64,000 nucleotides of DNA, taken from positions 32,001 through 96,000 of IMG/VR virus record IMGVR_UViG_3300045988_121434; one strand, written 5' to 3'. Under the pieces are notes generated by a model. That model searched no databases and was not told the DNA's origin. It worked only from the letters and a program-made list of their open reading frames with translations. The DNA comes from a virus. The position numbers and the translations under genes are program-made. Shown here piece after piece: positions 35,335 to 45,100 of the stretch; positions within the stretch are counted from its first letter, which is position 1, and the number at the start of each line of letters is the position of its first letter.

Positions 35335-35387
35335 AAATCCCGACATTCTGCCTATATAATATATAAGGTTTGAGTGTCGGGATTTTT
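35335..35387 (+). terminator. rho-independent terminator
   Basis: AAATCCCGACA (35335-45) pairs with TGTCGGGATTT (35375-85), followed by a T-run. Confidence 0.75.
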
Positions 35388-35475
35388 ACGTTCTGTGAGT
35401 ATTAGTATTCTGACGTTTTAATTCTTATATTAGCATTTCTAATACAAAACGATAGCAAGGAGAGATTATTTTCTG

Positions 35476-35483
35476 TAAATTTG
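35476..35483 (+). promoter_or_regulatory. Bacteroides-type -7 box (TAAATTTG) upstream of the LysR gene
   Basis: It matches TAnnTTTG in the AT-rich spacer, 65 nt upstream of the ATG at 35548. Confidence 0.35.
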
Positions 35484-35547
35484 CAATTAGAAATATTATT
35501 TTGATATAAAAATGTAAGTATGGAGAATAACTAAACACTCAGACTAT

Positions 35548-36501
35548 ATGGAACTACGACATTTGCGCTCCTTTGTTTTTGTGGCGGAAACAAAGTCGTT
35601 CAGTATCGCCGCCACCCGATGTTGCGTAACCCAATCGGCAGTAAGCCAGCATATCCGGGCATTGGAAGATGAATTAGGTTGCAAACTACTTATTCGTACC
35701 TCGCACGAAATCAACCTTACAGAGAGTGGCGAAGCTCTCTTGCCAAGGGCTAAGGACATCATCAAGCAGACAGAGGACTGCAAGGAACAAATTAATGCGC
35801 TTAACAACTGCATGATTGGTGAACTGCGTATAGGTATTGGCTCTTTCATCGCTCCTTACGTCAGAATGGCTGCACTCATTTTTATGGAGCGATACCCTAA
35901 CGTGCGTATCAATGCCGATTTCACAAAGGCGCATATCCTTAACAAAACGCTCCGTGCGCACATGATAGACCTCGCCTTTACCATGAACACGGCATATAGC
36001 CACGAGGGTATAGAGTCGCAGCCGTGCATACCATTCTCCGTGTATGCCATTATGCGTGATACCCATCCGCTTTCCTGTTTACCGAAAGTGTCGTATGAGG
36101 ATTTGTTGAAACACCCGGTCATAATGCCCGATGTTGGTGAGCGTGTGTTTGAAACCTGTCAGCAATACATACAGCGCGACCTGTATAAATTGAATATAAA
36201 ATGTGTGATAAGCGACCCCGATGAAGCACTTGCATCCGTGGAAGAAACGAAATGTGTTACGTTCATGACACAGCTCTATTTGCGCCACCACCCTACACTT
36301 GTGGCTCGCCCTATCGTGGGACTTGAACGCCAACTGATGAGTAATGCCCACTGGATGAAGGATGTTCCTATAAAGCGGTCAGCGCAAATTTTCTTGGATA
36401 TAATAAAGAATGAAGTAGTGCCTTATATTTCTGTTATCGAAGAGACGAAAGGCACTTTTACCCCCCCCCCGATAGATATTAGCAATTCTGCCTCACGCTA
36501 A
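35548..36501 (+). CDS. LysR-family transcriptional regulator
   Basis: The N-terminal wHTH is MELRHLRSFVFVAETKSFSIAATRCCVTQSAVSQHIRALEDELG. A ~200-aa substrate-binding-type domain follows. A C10 tract lies at 36461-36470 near the 3' end. Confidence 0.9.
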   Translation: MELRHLRSFVFVAETKSFSIAATRCCVTQSAVSQHIRALEDELGCKLLIRTSHEINLTESGEALLPRAKDIIKQTEDCKEQINALNNCMIGELRIGIGSFIAPYVRMAALIFMERYPNVRINADFTKAHILNKTLRAHMIDLAFTMNTAYSHEGIESQPCIPFSVYAIMRDTHPLSCLPKVSYEDLLKHPVIMPDVGERVFETCQQYIQRDLYKLNIKCVISDPDEALASVEETKCVTFMTQLYLRHHPTLVARPIVGLERQLMSNAHWMKDVPIKRSAQIFLDIIKNEVVPYISVIEETKGTFTPPPIDISNSASR

Positions 36502-36624
36502 AAACGTGGGGCTTTTTTAATGCAAAGATAAGTGGTGCTTATATGCCATACAAGCGTAAGGACACTTAATGAAAAACACTTCCTATCCGCAGAATACTCC
36601 GCTACCTTTGTGGCAAGTTCAATA

Positions 36625-37173
36625 ATGGACGAAACAACACAAATAAAAAACACTATGCAAGTTAAGACTAACGATGGCAACTATGATGTTGCCAGCAAGG
36701 GATTGGGTAACACTGCCCTCGGCTTGGGTATTGCAGGACTGGCTACCAGTCTGCTCGGTGGTGGTGCGTCGCTGTTGGGTATGACGAGAAACGGCAGTCC
36801 GTCTACTGCCAACCCTTCCGACCCCGACGCACGGTTTGTCACCAAGAGTGAGACTAACCTTATCCAGGAGAACTCCACTCTCAAGACAGAGCTCGCCATT
36901 CAGAAGAGTGAAAGCTACACCGACAAGAAGTTGGTGGAGGTAACTCAGTATCTCGATGGAAAAATCCGTCAGGTGGAGAACAAGGTGGATGCCAACAAGG
37001 ATGCACAACAGGCGATCAACGCACAGCAGATGGCATACAATGCGGCAGCAAACGCCAACATCGACGTACTGAAGTCGCAGGTGGCATCTCTTGCGAGTGT
37101 CACCAAGGTGTTCATTCCTTCTACCAACGTATGTCAGACTGGCTGCGGTTGTGGCTGTGGATGCAATCAGTAA
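36625..37173 (+). CDS. membrane/coiled-coil protein ending in (Gly-Cys)4
   Basis: It has a Gly-rich hydrophobic segment (GLGIAGLATSLLGGGASLLG), then coiled coil, with C-terminus CQTGCGCGCGCNQ. The track ORF starts at 36532. Confidence 0.5.
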   Translation: MDETTQIKNTMQVKTNDGNYDVASKGLGNTALGLGIAGLATSLLGGGASLLGMTRNGSPSTANPSDPDARFVTKSETNLIQENSTLKTELAIQKSESYTDKKLVEVTQYLDGKIRQVENKVDANKDAQQAINAQQMAYNAAANANIDVLKSQVASLASVTKVFIPSTNVCQTGCGCGCGCNQ

Positions 37174-37185
37174 TCGGCGGGAGAT

Positions 37186-37608
37186 ATGGACTACACCAAT
37201 TCTCAGATTTTGGCGGCGGTCGTGTCCGAGTGGGCACGGCCGGCCATTTCGCAGATAGCTGCCAGCAACCTTATGCGTTTGCCCATGCTCCAGTCGTTGC
37301 AAGCCACCATCGACTCACTCGGATTGGTGAGCGGTAGTTATGCCCTGCAAAAGGACATAGAACCGCTCATTCAGCCAGTGGTCAACTCGCTCGTTACGCC
37401 TATGCTCGCAAAGTATTTCGGGCAGATACCCGAAGAGAGCATACCGCAAATGGCACACGACGTGGTGGATAAGGTGCGCTACAACGGACCGCTATCTATC
37501 CTTGAAGGCATGATAACCTTTGACGAGGAAGATTTGGATGAATTGGCAGATTTGCTTCAGAAGAACTTGCCTGTCGAAAAGACGGAAGGCTATCAAGTGA
37601 AGAGATAA
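37186..37608 (+). CDS. hypothetical protein (140 aa)
   Basis: ORF only. Confidence 0.5.
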   Translation: MDYTNSQILAAVVSEWARPAISQIAASNLMRLPMLQSLQATIDSLGLVSGSYALQKDIEPLIQPVVNSLVTPMLAKYFGQIPEESIPQMAHDVVDKVRYNGPLSILEGMITFDEEDLDELADLLQKNLPVEKTEGYQVKR

Positions 37609-37710
37609 TCATCTACTACTTACTACGTTTTTTACTACGTAGTAAGCCGTAGTAAGTCATTAATCAAAGCGGCGGCAAGCATCGTCGCTATACTAAAACA
37701 TAAAACGATT

Positions 37711-38139
37711 ATGAACAAACGAACAACCCCGGCTATCATAACAGCCACGCTTGCGGTAGGAGCTACCACCGCAGCACCCTATTACGACATCAACATCACG
37801 CAGCAGCTTTGCACTCCGGCTTGTGTGGACGAGACACCAGTGTTTGCGCCTAAGTTTTCTATCAAGAGTATTGCAAATGTCGGCACTTCGCAGTATATTG
37901 TGGTAGTACATGTTGAAGGAGTGGTGAGCTACATTCCGTGCAACTGCGGCTCATGCTGCACACGCTCGCAAGTAATCTCGCAGGACTTTACCATCCCCGT
38001 GTTCAGTGCGACGGCAATAAGCGCAGTAACCGCTACCGTCGGCACGGCACAGAACGGCATAGCACGCATATCATGTTGCGATTGCTCCCGAACCTTCGTG
38101 TCCGACTGCCCTCTGACGCTTACCATAACAACCGCATAA
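37711..38139 (+). CDS. Cys-rich hypothetical protein with N-terminal signal/anchor (142 aa)
   Basis: It carries CNCGSCC and SCCDCS clusters and a hydrophobic N-terminus. Confidence 0.45.
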   Translation: MNKRTTPAIITATLAVGATTAAPYYDINITQQLCTPACVDETPVFAPKFSIKSIANVGTSQYIVVVHVEGVVSYIPCNCGSCCTRSQVISQDFTIPVFSATAISAVTATVGTAQNGIARISCCDCSRTFVSDCPLTLTITTA

Positions 38140-38141
38140 CC

Positions 38142-38432
38142 ATGACCATGATGATATTGACAGCTCTTGCAGCCATGATAGCGGCAACGCTTATCCAGCA
38201 CCTCGGACTGGCGGAAGCCGTGGCAAAGGTCGTGGGCAAGGTTGCGGCGTGCAATCAATGCTTCACATTCTGGAGTGCGCTCACCTCCCTGCTCTATTGT
38301 CATTGCGATGTGGTCGTGGCTGCGGTGCTATCAATCGTCATGGCATACTTATCCAACTGGTTTGTATTACTGTTGCTCTGTCTGCAACGCTTATTCACTC
38401 GTCTGTATGAAAAAGGAAAAGAAGAAAGATGA
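38142..38432 (+). CDS. small multi-pass membrane protein (96 aa)
   Basis: MTMMILTALAAMIAATLI... has three hydrophobic segments and a basic tail. The track ORF 37938..38432 has the same frame. Confidence 0.45.
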   Translation: MTMMILTALAAMIAATLIQHLGLAEAVAKVVGKVAACNQCFTFWSALTSLLYCHCDVVVAAVLSIVMAYLSNWFVLLLLCLQRLFTRLYEKGKEER

Positions 38433-38547
38433 AAGAAAGTTGGAGGAAGTTTCTTACAACTTTCAACGGTCTAACATATTCGCCACCTTAGTGCCTATAA
38501 TCCCCCGATTTCGGGGGATTTGCCCAAACTGTTAAAAATAAAAGAAA

Positions 38548-39045
38548 ATGAAATATATTCAACTGATAGAACAGGCTCGCACCCACGGCGTAGCCTCCGA
38601 GAAGAAGATGTATGCAGCAATAGAGCAAATGTCGTGCGACCTCTCAACGCTTGAAAACGAGAATCCATGTTTGTACTGGCGTATCATGCGCAACCAGCAC
38701 GCCGTGCTCTACGACCGCCATTATTCAGAGAAGTTTGCCAACCACGATGTGAATCGCCTCATATATAGTAAGATGGATGAGAACGGTGAGCCTGTGGGTA
38801 TGGGCGCACATTGGACTCGCACCCAGGTATTGGAAGCGACAAAGGACATGAAGTTTCACCCGAAAGTGAACGATTGGGATAAGTACGTTGCCTTCAACGC
38901 TATGTATGCTGACCTTTGCGCCAACATGGATGACAAGGAGATACTGAAGGCCGCATATCTTTTCTACTTCTGCGATGCCGACTGGCAGACCGAGGACGAC
39001 TGCACGAAGATATGGGACTACACAGCCCTTCACGCCACACTTTAA
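38548..39045 (+). CDS. hypothetical protein (165 aa)
   Basis: ORF only. Confidence 0.5.
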   Translation: MKYIQLIEQARTHGVASEKKMYAAIEQMSCDLSTLENENPCLYWRIMRNQHAVLYDRHYSEKFANHDVNRLIYSKMDENGEPVGMGAHWTRTQVLEATKDMKFHPKVNDWDKYVAFNAMYADLCANMDDKEILKAAYLFYFCDADWQTEDDCTKIWDYTALHATL

Positions 39046-39204
39046 CCATGATGGATAGGGAAATTTACCCTTTATTTCCCTGTCCTTTCCCTATTCCCTA
39101 ATCGGATTTTTTGAAGCCAGCTTGCGCCACCAGGATAGCCGCAGGTTGGCTTCCGTTGTATAGGGGAAAGAGGGGATTGTCCTTATCGGGGATTTCAAAC
39201 TTAC

Positions 39205-39212
39205 TAACTTTG
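39205..39212 (+). promoter_or_regulatory. Bacteroides-type -7 box (TAACTTTG)
   Basis: It matches TAnnTTTG, 41 nt upstream of the ATG at 39253. Confidence 0.4.
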
Positions 39213-39252
39213 TTTCATAAAAGAATTTTCTCTGCAAACAAAAAGCACAAGT

Positions 39253-40290
39253 ATGGTAAAGAAGATAAACCTCACCCTACCTCGCCACTGGAATCAATGC
39301 ACCACGGAGCAACTTGAACTGATTGCTAACGTGATGCAGGAACAGGTGCGCCGTGTGGACCGCTATCATCCCTTTGATATGCGCAACGTGAAGTTGGCTC
39401 TTTTCTTTGTGTTGGCAGGGATTGAGATAGTGGAAAGTCCTAATCCGCGTGTGTCGGTGGAGGAGCAGTATTACACTTGCCGTTTCACAAAGGACGGCAA
39501 GAAAGGTGAAACATTCTCACTCTACCTTTGGCAGATAAACTATTGGCTTTCGCCTAAGGCCAAGACACGCGACACGACGAGTGCAGAATATATAGCGCAG
39601 GGTGCCGGAATGTTGGATTGGCTCGACCGCGACAGCAACATTCATCTCACCAAGTTTCCGTATCAAGAGATAAAACGAAAGCGGCACGGCAAATGGTTCG
39701 GGCGAAAGAAAGCGTTCCAAGGCGTATTCCCAGATATGGATGGTTTCAGTTGGGCGAAATATCGTTTTGCCTCCGACACAATGCAGAGCTACACCCAAAT
39801 CAGCGACAACTTGATAAGAATGCGAAAAACTGATAATTTTACTGAAACTCAACTCTTACGACAATCCGAAAGCGCAACCCTTGCCAAGGCAATGTTTCTT
39901 GCTACTATATTCAATGCCAAAACGGATTATGTAGACACCAACACAGGCATAGTGAAGCACGATTTTCACTACGAGAGCGACCAATGCGTAAAAAACGCAC
40001 CATACTTCCGCGATTTCCCTGATACTCAATGGCAGGTCATTCTCTTTTGGTGGACTGGGATGATGTACACACTAAGCAAGCGTTTCCCTCATGTCTTTAA
40101 GGTACAAAAGACCAACGTGAAAAAGCCGAGCACGCCGCTTGAGATTTACACGGCTACAACCGCAACCATGCAGAAGTATGCCGGACTGACCGAGGATCAA
40201 GTGAACCATCAATCCTATTCGCTTGTGCTTGAACACCTCGAAAGGTTGAGCAAAGAAAATGAGGAATTGGAAAAGATAAGAAAGAAATAA
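39253..40290 (+). CDS. hypothetical protein (345 aa)
   Basis: ORF only. Confidence 0.5.
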   Translation: MVKKINLTLPRHWNQCTTEQLELIANVMQEQVRRVDRYHPFDMRNVKLALFFVLAGIEIVESPNPRVSVEEQYYTCRFTKDGKKGETFSLYLWQINYWLSPKAKTRDTTSAEYIAQGAGMLDWLDRDSNIHLTKFPYQEIKRKRHGKWFGRKKAFQGVFPDMDGFSWAKYRFASDTMQSYTQISDNLIRMRKTDNFTETQLLRQSESATLAKAMFLATIFNAKTDYVDTNTGIVKHDFHYESDQCVKNAPYFRDFPDTQWQVILFWWTGMMYTLSKRFPHVFKVQKTNVKKPSTPLEIYTATTATMQKYAGLTEDQVNHQSYSLVLEHLERLSKENEELEKIRKK

Positions 40291-40368
40291 TGGCTAACAG
40301 GGTGCGGCACGTTTATTCGTTTGCACAAAGCCACAATTCAACAAACACATAAACAAACAAACTCAACA

Positions 40369-42111
40369 ATGAAGAAAAACAGAGTCAGCAATCTCCAGCA
40401 GTTCCAACAGCGTAGTGCGGAACTAAAGAGCAAAGGCTATGTCGCCGTGAAGCCGGGTGAGTTTACCCCCGTGCGTGGCGATGGCGGCACGGTGTTCTTA
40501 TGGCAAGACTACGTTCACTCGCTGCTCATCCGTGCCGAGGGCAATTCCGTGTCTGGCTGTACATCGGGCAGTGCGGCACGCAAGCAGATTTCTACGGTGT
40601 TTGCCTCCAGCGGTGGCGAGAACCTTGCCAAGCCGCAAGGTGTGGGCACCGACGGACTGGGTTTTATGGAATGGGGTGTGGGCAACCGACTGCCCAACAT
40701 CATTTGGCTTCTCTCCCGAATGTCGCCATTCACGGCAGCCGGTGTGGACTTCATCAAGAAAATATTGGTGGGGCATGGTCCGAAACCAAAATACCACTAC
40801 ACGCAGTATGTTGGCGGCAACATCACCGAGAAGTACATACCGTTTGCAACGGCAGGTGTATTGCTCCGAGGCATGATTGCCGACCTAAAGGCAAAGGAAG
40901 CCGAAGTACAAGCAAACACTCAGCAGAACGCCACCGACGACCCACCGGAGGACTCTGACGAGATGAAGGCTCTGAAACGCGACCTCGAAACATGGCAACA
41001 GACCAACGACTTCCTTCAGCAGTTCATGGCAGATAACGACCTTATGGACACCTACCTTTCAATGGCTGGTGATATGGCTCTCATGTCGCAATGCTTTGTT
41101 GAGCTTCAGTTAAACCAACGCCAACTCAACGACGACGGCAAGCCTGTGCCTACCTCGCAGTGGACGCCCAAGGTGATAGGCATAAAGCCACGCTCCATAT
41201 TCACTACACGACTGGAGCGTATGGATGACAACTACCGCATCAACTACGCCTACACCTCTAACCAATGGCTTGACTCCACACAGATCACTTCGGCCATGAA
41301 TCCGGAGGACTTGAAGATAGCCGCGGTGCCCTATCTGCCCACGGCAACGGCAGTGAAAGACCTTCAGCGTCATGTGCGTGAGGCGCGTCAGGCGCGTGTG
41401 AGCCGCAAGCAACGCCCAACGCGTTTCATCATGTCGCCGCGTGACTTTGGCGGTCCTTACTATGCCGATGCGCTTTGGCACAGCATCTTTGCCGGAAGCA
41501 TTTTTGAGTATGCCTTTACGATTGTGGACGATCGCTTGACGCGCAAGCGTAACTCAAACATCATCGGCAGAGTGATATACATTCACCAAGACTACCTCAA
41601 CGCACTCTTCCGTCAGCAGAGCGACACAGACAAGAAGAAGACGATGGCGCAGATACAGAGCGAAGTGTTCAACGACATCAACTCATGGCTGAGCAATAGC
41701 GACAATGCCGGGCAAGCACTCATATCATCTGTATTTATGGGCCCCGACGGCAAGGAGCACAAGGCATGGGAAATTGTGGAGATAGAGAGCAAAGCCAACG
41801 ACCAAGCCAATGCCGACAAGACCGAGCTTCAGGAAATATCATCCATCATCTTCTTCGCTATGGGTCTTGACTCGAAGCTGATAGGCAACACACCGGGCGA
41901 CGCGACATCATCGGGCGGTACTGACCTGCGCGAGCGTTTCCTCGTCAAGCAAATTCAGTTTGCGCCGTTGCAGCAACTCATGCTCCGTCCGTTGGAAGTG
42001 ATAAGCCAGTTCAATGAGCTTGACCCACACCTGGTATGGGAGACAGACCGCGAAGTATTGACCACGCTTGACAACTCAAAGACGGGGGTGACAAGGCAAG
42101 GGCAGGAATAA
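40369..42111 (+). CDS. putative portal protein
   Basis: ~580 aa, portal-like in size and composition, with a WGVGNRLPNIIW segment. The track ORF starts at TTG 40321. Confidence 0.5.
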   Translation: MKKNRVSNLQQFQQRSAELKSKGYVAVKPGEFTPVRGDGGTVFLWQDYVHSLLIRAEGNSVSGCTSGSAARKQISTVFASSGGENLAKPQGVGTDGLGFMEWGVGNRLPNIIWLLSRMSPFTAAGVDFIKKILVGHGPKPKYHYTQYVGGNITEKYIPFATAGVLLRGMIADLKAKEAEVQANTQQNATDDPPEDSDEMKALKRDLETWQQTNDFLQQFMADNDLMDTYLSMAGDMALMSQCFVELQLNQRQLNDDGKPVPTSQWTPKVIGIKPRSIFTTRLERMDDNYRINYAYTSNQWLDSTQITSAMNPEDLKIAAVPYLPTATAVKDLQRHVREARQARVSRKQRPTRFIMSPRDFGGPYYADALWHSIFAGSIFEYAFTIVDDRLTRKRNSNIIGRVIYIHQDYLNALFRQQSDTDKKKTMAQIQSEVFNDINSWLSNSDNAGQALISSVFMGPDGKEHKAWEIVEIESKANDQANADKTELQEISSIIFFAMGLDSKLIGNTPGDATSSGGTDLRERFLVKQIQFAPLQQLMLRPLEVISQFNELDPHLVWETDREVLTTLDNSKTGVTRQGQE

Positions 42112-42247
42112 GTGATGCGCATAACCTTGACTAAGTGATGCCCATAAGTCAATACAAACAGATATTTCTCCTACTATGTAGGATACGTATCTCCTATTAC
42201 CCAAGAGAAGTATCTCCTGCTATATAGGATAAGTACCTCCCAAAACA
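42110..42247 (+). repeat. six phased 23-bp direct repeat units
   Basis: Units start at 42110, 42133, 42156, 42179, 42202 and 42225. Units 1-2 share AAGTGATGC(G/C)CATAA. Units 3-6 share (T/A)(T/A)TCTCCT and TAGGATA. Confidence 0.7.
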
Positions 42248-42269
42248 ATAACTATGAAACGAACAAAAT

Positions 42270-43328
42270 ATGCTCATAACAACTAATCAAGAATTTCGCC
42301 TTCACAATCCCAGCAACGCTGTGGACGAGGTGAACTTGCTGCAAGGCATAATCGACAATAGCGAGAAAGATTTTCTGCGCGAAAAGTTAGGCGGACCGCT
42401 TTACGACCGCTTGTGTGAGTATTACGCTCAAACCTCACCCGAAAATTTCTTTCTCTCTGTAACCGGCGGAACATACACCGATGACCCTTTCGCCGTACTC
42501 CTGCTCTATGCCCAGCGTGTTATCGTGAATGATGCTCTCACGCGTTATGCCTACCAACAGGCAGTAAGTCTGAATGGCGCAGGTGTGAATATGGCAAGCA
42601 GCGACGACTATGCTTCGGCTTCCGACAAGATGATAGACAAGGCGGTGCAGGGCTACAAAAAAGAAGCCTTTGCCTCGCTCAATGCCTTGCTCGTGATGCT
42701 TGAGGAATGGGCAAAGCAGGTAAATACGCCCATGCCTATCGATGGTCAGGAAACAGGCGAAAGCGTACCGAAAAACGATGATAGCGTACAGAAAGAGGAT
42801 GAAAGCGTACAGAAAACCGCGATATTGGAAATAGTGGACCTTTGGCAGCAGTCAAAGTACTACTACCTGCACGCAAATCTCCTTATCCCTACTTGCACGG
42901 TACTTCAGCGATACCTCGACATCTACGAGAACCGCGACAAGTTTATCCGCCTCTTGCCCGATCTCATCTTCGTCCAAGAGGAATACATCGAGGACGTGAT
43001 AGGCGAAGACATTGTGCAGGAACTTCTCCATGCCGACGACCGCGACCGCCTACTCAAAAAGGTACGCCGCCTCATGGTGTCCTATCTCGAAGAGCGTACT
43101 ACAGTGTTGAGCATCGACAAGACGCGCCGCATCCAGGCTCACAATGAGGGCATATCCCTCAAAGCCTCCGTGCTCGCCATCATTGCCGAACGCAAGAAAG
43201 CGGAAGCCGAAGCGACCGCAAACGAGGACAACATCCCTACCCCATCCACCGACAACAATTCGCAGAACGAAGGATATAAGAATAATCAACCTGGCTCACG
43301 CATGTTCGTGTCGCCGTTGTTGTATTAA
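42270..43328 (+). CDS. hypothetical virion-module protein (352 aa)
   Basis: ORF only. Confidence 0.5.
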   Translation: MLITTNQEFRLHNPSNAVDEVNLLQGIIDNSEKDFLREKLGGPLYDRLCEYYAQTSPENFFLSVTGGTYTDDPFAVLLLYAQRVIVNDALTRYAYQQAVSLNGAGVNMASSDDYASASDKMIDKAVQGYKKEAFASLNALLVMLEEWAKQVNTPMPIDGQETGESVPKNDDSVQKEDESVQKTAILEIVDLWQQSKYYYLHANLLIPTCTVLQRYLDIYENRDKFIRLLPDLIFVQEEYIEDVIGEDIVQELLHADDRDRLLKKVRRLMVSYLEERTTVLSIDKTRRIQAHNEGISLKASVLAIIAERKKAEAEATANEDNIPTPSTDNNSQNEGYKNNQPGSRMFVSPLLY

Positions 43329-43354
43329 AACAAAGAACGAAAATAGAGCTTAAT

Positions 43355-44422
43355 ATGGAACATATAATCGCAACTCTCTCCCCTGCCCTCACCACCCGCA
43401 TGCTCACTGCCGAGCAGCGTGAGGCATTTGAGCAAGGACTTGCCTTGCTGGAGAACGTGCCCAAAGCGCAATCGTTTGTGCGTGACAGCCGACGGTTTAA
43501 GGACTACCATCGCCGTGTGCGTCAGTTACTCACCTACCTGCAAACGCTCGACACCACGTCGGGCAAGTCATTGCCCAAGCGTCGTGTGGGCCGACCCACC
43601 AAGGAGGAGCAAGCCGAATATGCCGAAATGAAGAAGCAGAAGGCATTGCAGGAAGCAAAGGCATCGCTCTTCCCGGAGATAAAACCCGACCTGTTCGTGC
43701 AGCCGCTCACTTACAACGGTATCGTGGCCAACCCCAATGGCGACAGCATCGCCGCCACGATGATGAATCTTCAGCAGGTGAAGCCATTCCTTAGCCGTCA
43801 GCTCCAGGAGCGGGTGAACACCGTGCGCGACCTTCGCAACGAGATGGCTTCCAAGGCAGAGCAAGCCAAGACCATGGCGGAAGCCAACGAGCGCAGTGGC
43901 AGCACGCTCTACACCGAGGAAGAGATAGCCGGACTTGCCACCCGTGCCGTGAAGATAGAGAGCGACATTCTGCCCGCTATCTACATGGCTGTGGACCGCG
44001 AGATGGGCGAGGTGTATCTGCGCCTCAGTCAGCGCACCGGCGACCCCGAATACATCGCCTATGCTGAAAAGTCCTTCAACATCGACCCACAGAAACTGCG
44101 CACGATGTTTAAGCCTTTCTACGAGAAAGCGCAGGAGCGTGACCCACTCTTTGCCCAGTCGATAGCCGACAAAATAGCCGCCGATCGTCCCGAAGTGAAA
44201 GCCGCACGCGAGGCAGCCGCCCAGCACAAGGCAGAAGCCGACGCACTCATCAAGTACATTTGCCGCAAAGACAAGCCCAGCACTAAGGCACGCATCAAAG
44301 GCTTGAAAGAACGCATTGCCAAGCTCCGTGCCGACTACAGCGACATCATCACCGATGACGAGATAATGGGCTACGAGGCGATACTTGCCAAGACGGAAAA
44401 CGAAATGGAAAAGAGCAACTAA
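43355..44422 (+). CDS. hypothetical protein (355 aa), helical/charged
   Basis: ORF. The long antisense ORF 43568..44998 is judged spurious. Confidence 0.55.
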   Translation: MEHIIATLSPALTTRMLTAEQREAFEQGLALLENVPKAQSFVRDSRRFKDYHRRVRQLLTYLQTLDTTSGKSLPKRRVGRPTKEEQAEYAEMKKQKALQEAKASLFPEIKPDLFVQPLTYNGIVANPNGDSIAATMMNLQQVKPFLSRQLQERVNTVRDLRNEMASKAEQAKTMAEANERSGSTLYTEEEIAGLATRAVKIESDILPAIYMAVDREMGEVYLRLSQRTGDPEYIAYAEKSFNIDPQKLRTMFKPFYEKAQERDPLFAQSIADKIAADRPEVKAAREAAAQHKAEADALIKYICRKDKPSTKARIKGLKERIAKLRADYSDIITDDEIMGYEAILAKTENEMEKSN

Positions 44423-44437
44423 ACGACTTTTTGACTT

Positions 44438-45100
44438 ATGGAAGAAAACGTATATCAGATATTCAAGGACGTGTGCAACAAAGCTTGCCACGACCGCCAC
44501 GCCTGCGCCAAAGGTTATAAGCAGATGTTGGCTTCGGAGAACGTGAGTCAGATGATGGCCACATGGCGCGACAACTGGGAGGACGTTGTGGAGAGCAAGT
44601 ATGTGGATGTGATCCGTGGTGAATTGCCCCGGCTCTATCCTGGGCTGAAGGAGGGTATGAATAAGGCTGGCATCTATCTCAACGAGTGCCCCGACAACGC
44701 CAAGAACTTTGTGCGTGTCATCATCACCGACTGCGACGAGCCAGTCAAGATACATGGCGACGCACAGGCTTATATCCTCGGCACGGCAAAAGTCTTGGCT
44801 TTCAACCATGCCCAGGTTTACAACAACCACTACAATGCCGACGTAATGCTCTATGACCATGCTTACGGCAAGATTATGGCTGGCACCGTGAGGGCATACA
44901 ACCGCAGCCGACTGCAATGTTGCTGCGAGGCATATCTGAACGGCAGCGTGCAGTGCGACGCTTTCGGCGGAACAGTTAGGGCGCAAGCCTATCTCCACGT
45001 TAATGCCTATCGCGACACGGCTGTCTATGCCGTAGCCGACAAAGGCATCGTTCTTAGTGGCACATCACAACTAAAACCTATCGAGCAACATGAACAGTAA
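44438..45100 (+). CDS. hypothetical protein (220 aa) with repetitive beta-solenoid-like C-terminal half
   Basis: ORF with a recurring A/V-x-A/Y pattern in residues ~110-200. Confidence 0.5.
   Translation: MEENVYQIFKDVCNKACHDRHACAKGYKQMLASENVSQMMATWRDNWEDVVESKYVDVIRGELPRLYPGLKEGMNKAGIYLNECPDNAKNFVRVIITDCDEPVKIHGDAQAYILGTAKVLAFNHAQVYNNHYNADVMLYDHAYGKIMAGTVRAYNRSRLQCCCEAYLNGSVQCDAFGGTVRAQAYLHVNAYRDTAVYAVADKGIVLSGTSQLKPIEQHEQ

Noticed and set aside
43568-44998. A 476-aa minus-strand ORF, the longest antisense ORF in the window.
   Set aside because: It is antisense to two well-formed plus-strand genes (43355..44422 and 44438..45100). Its translation is low-complexity (Val/Gly/His/Leu-rich). It has no start or junction context.
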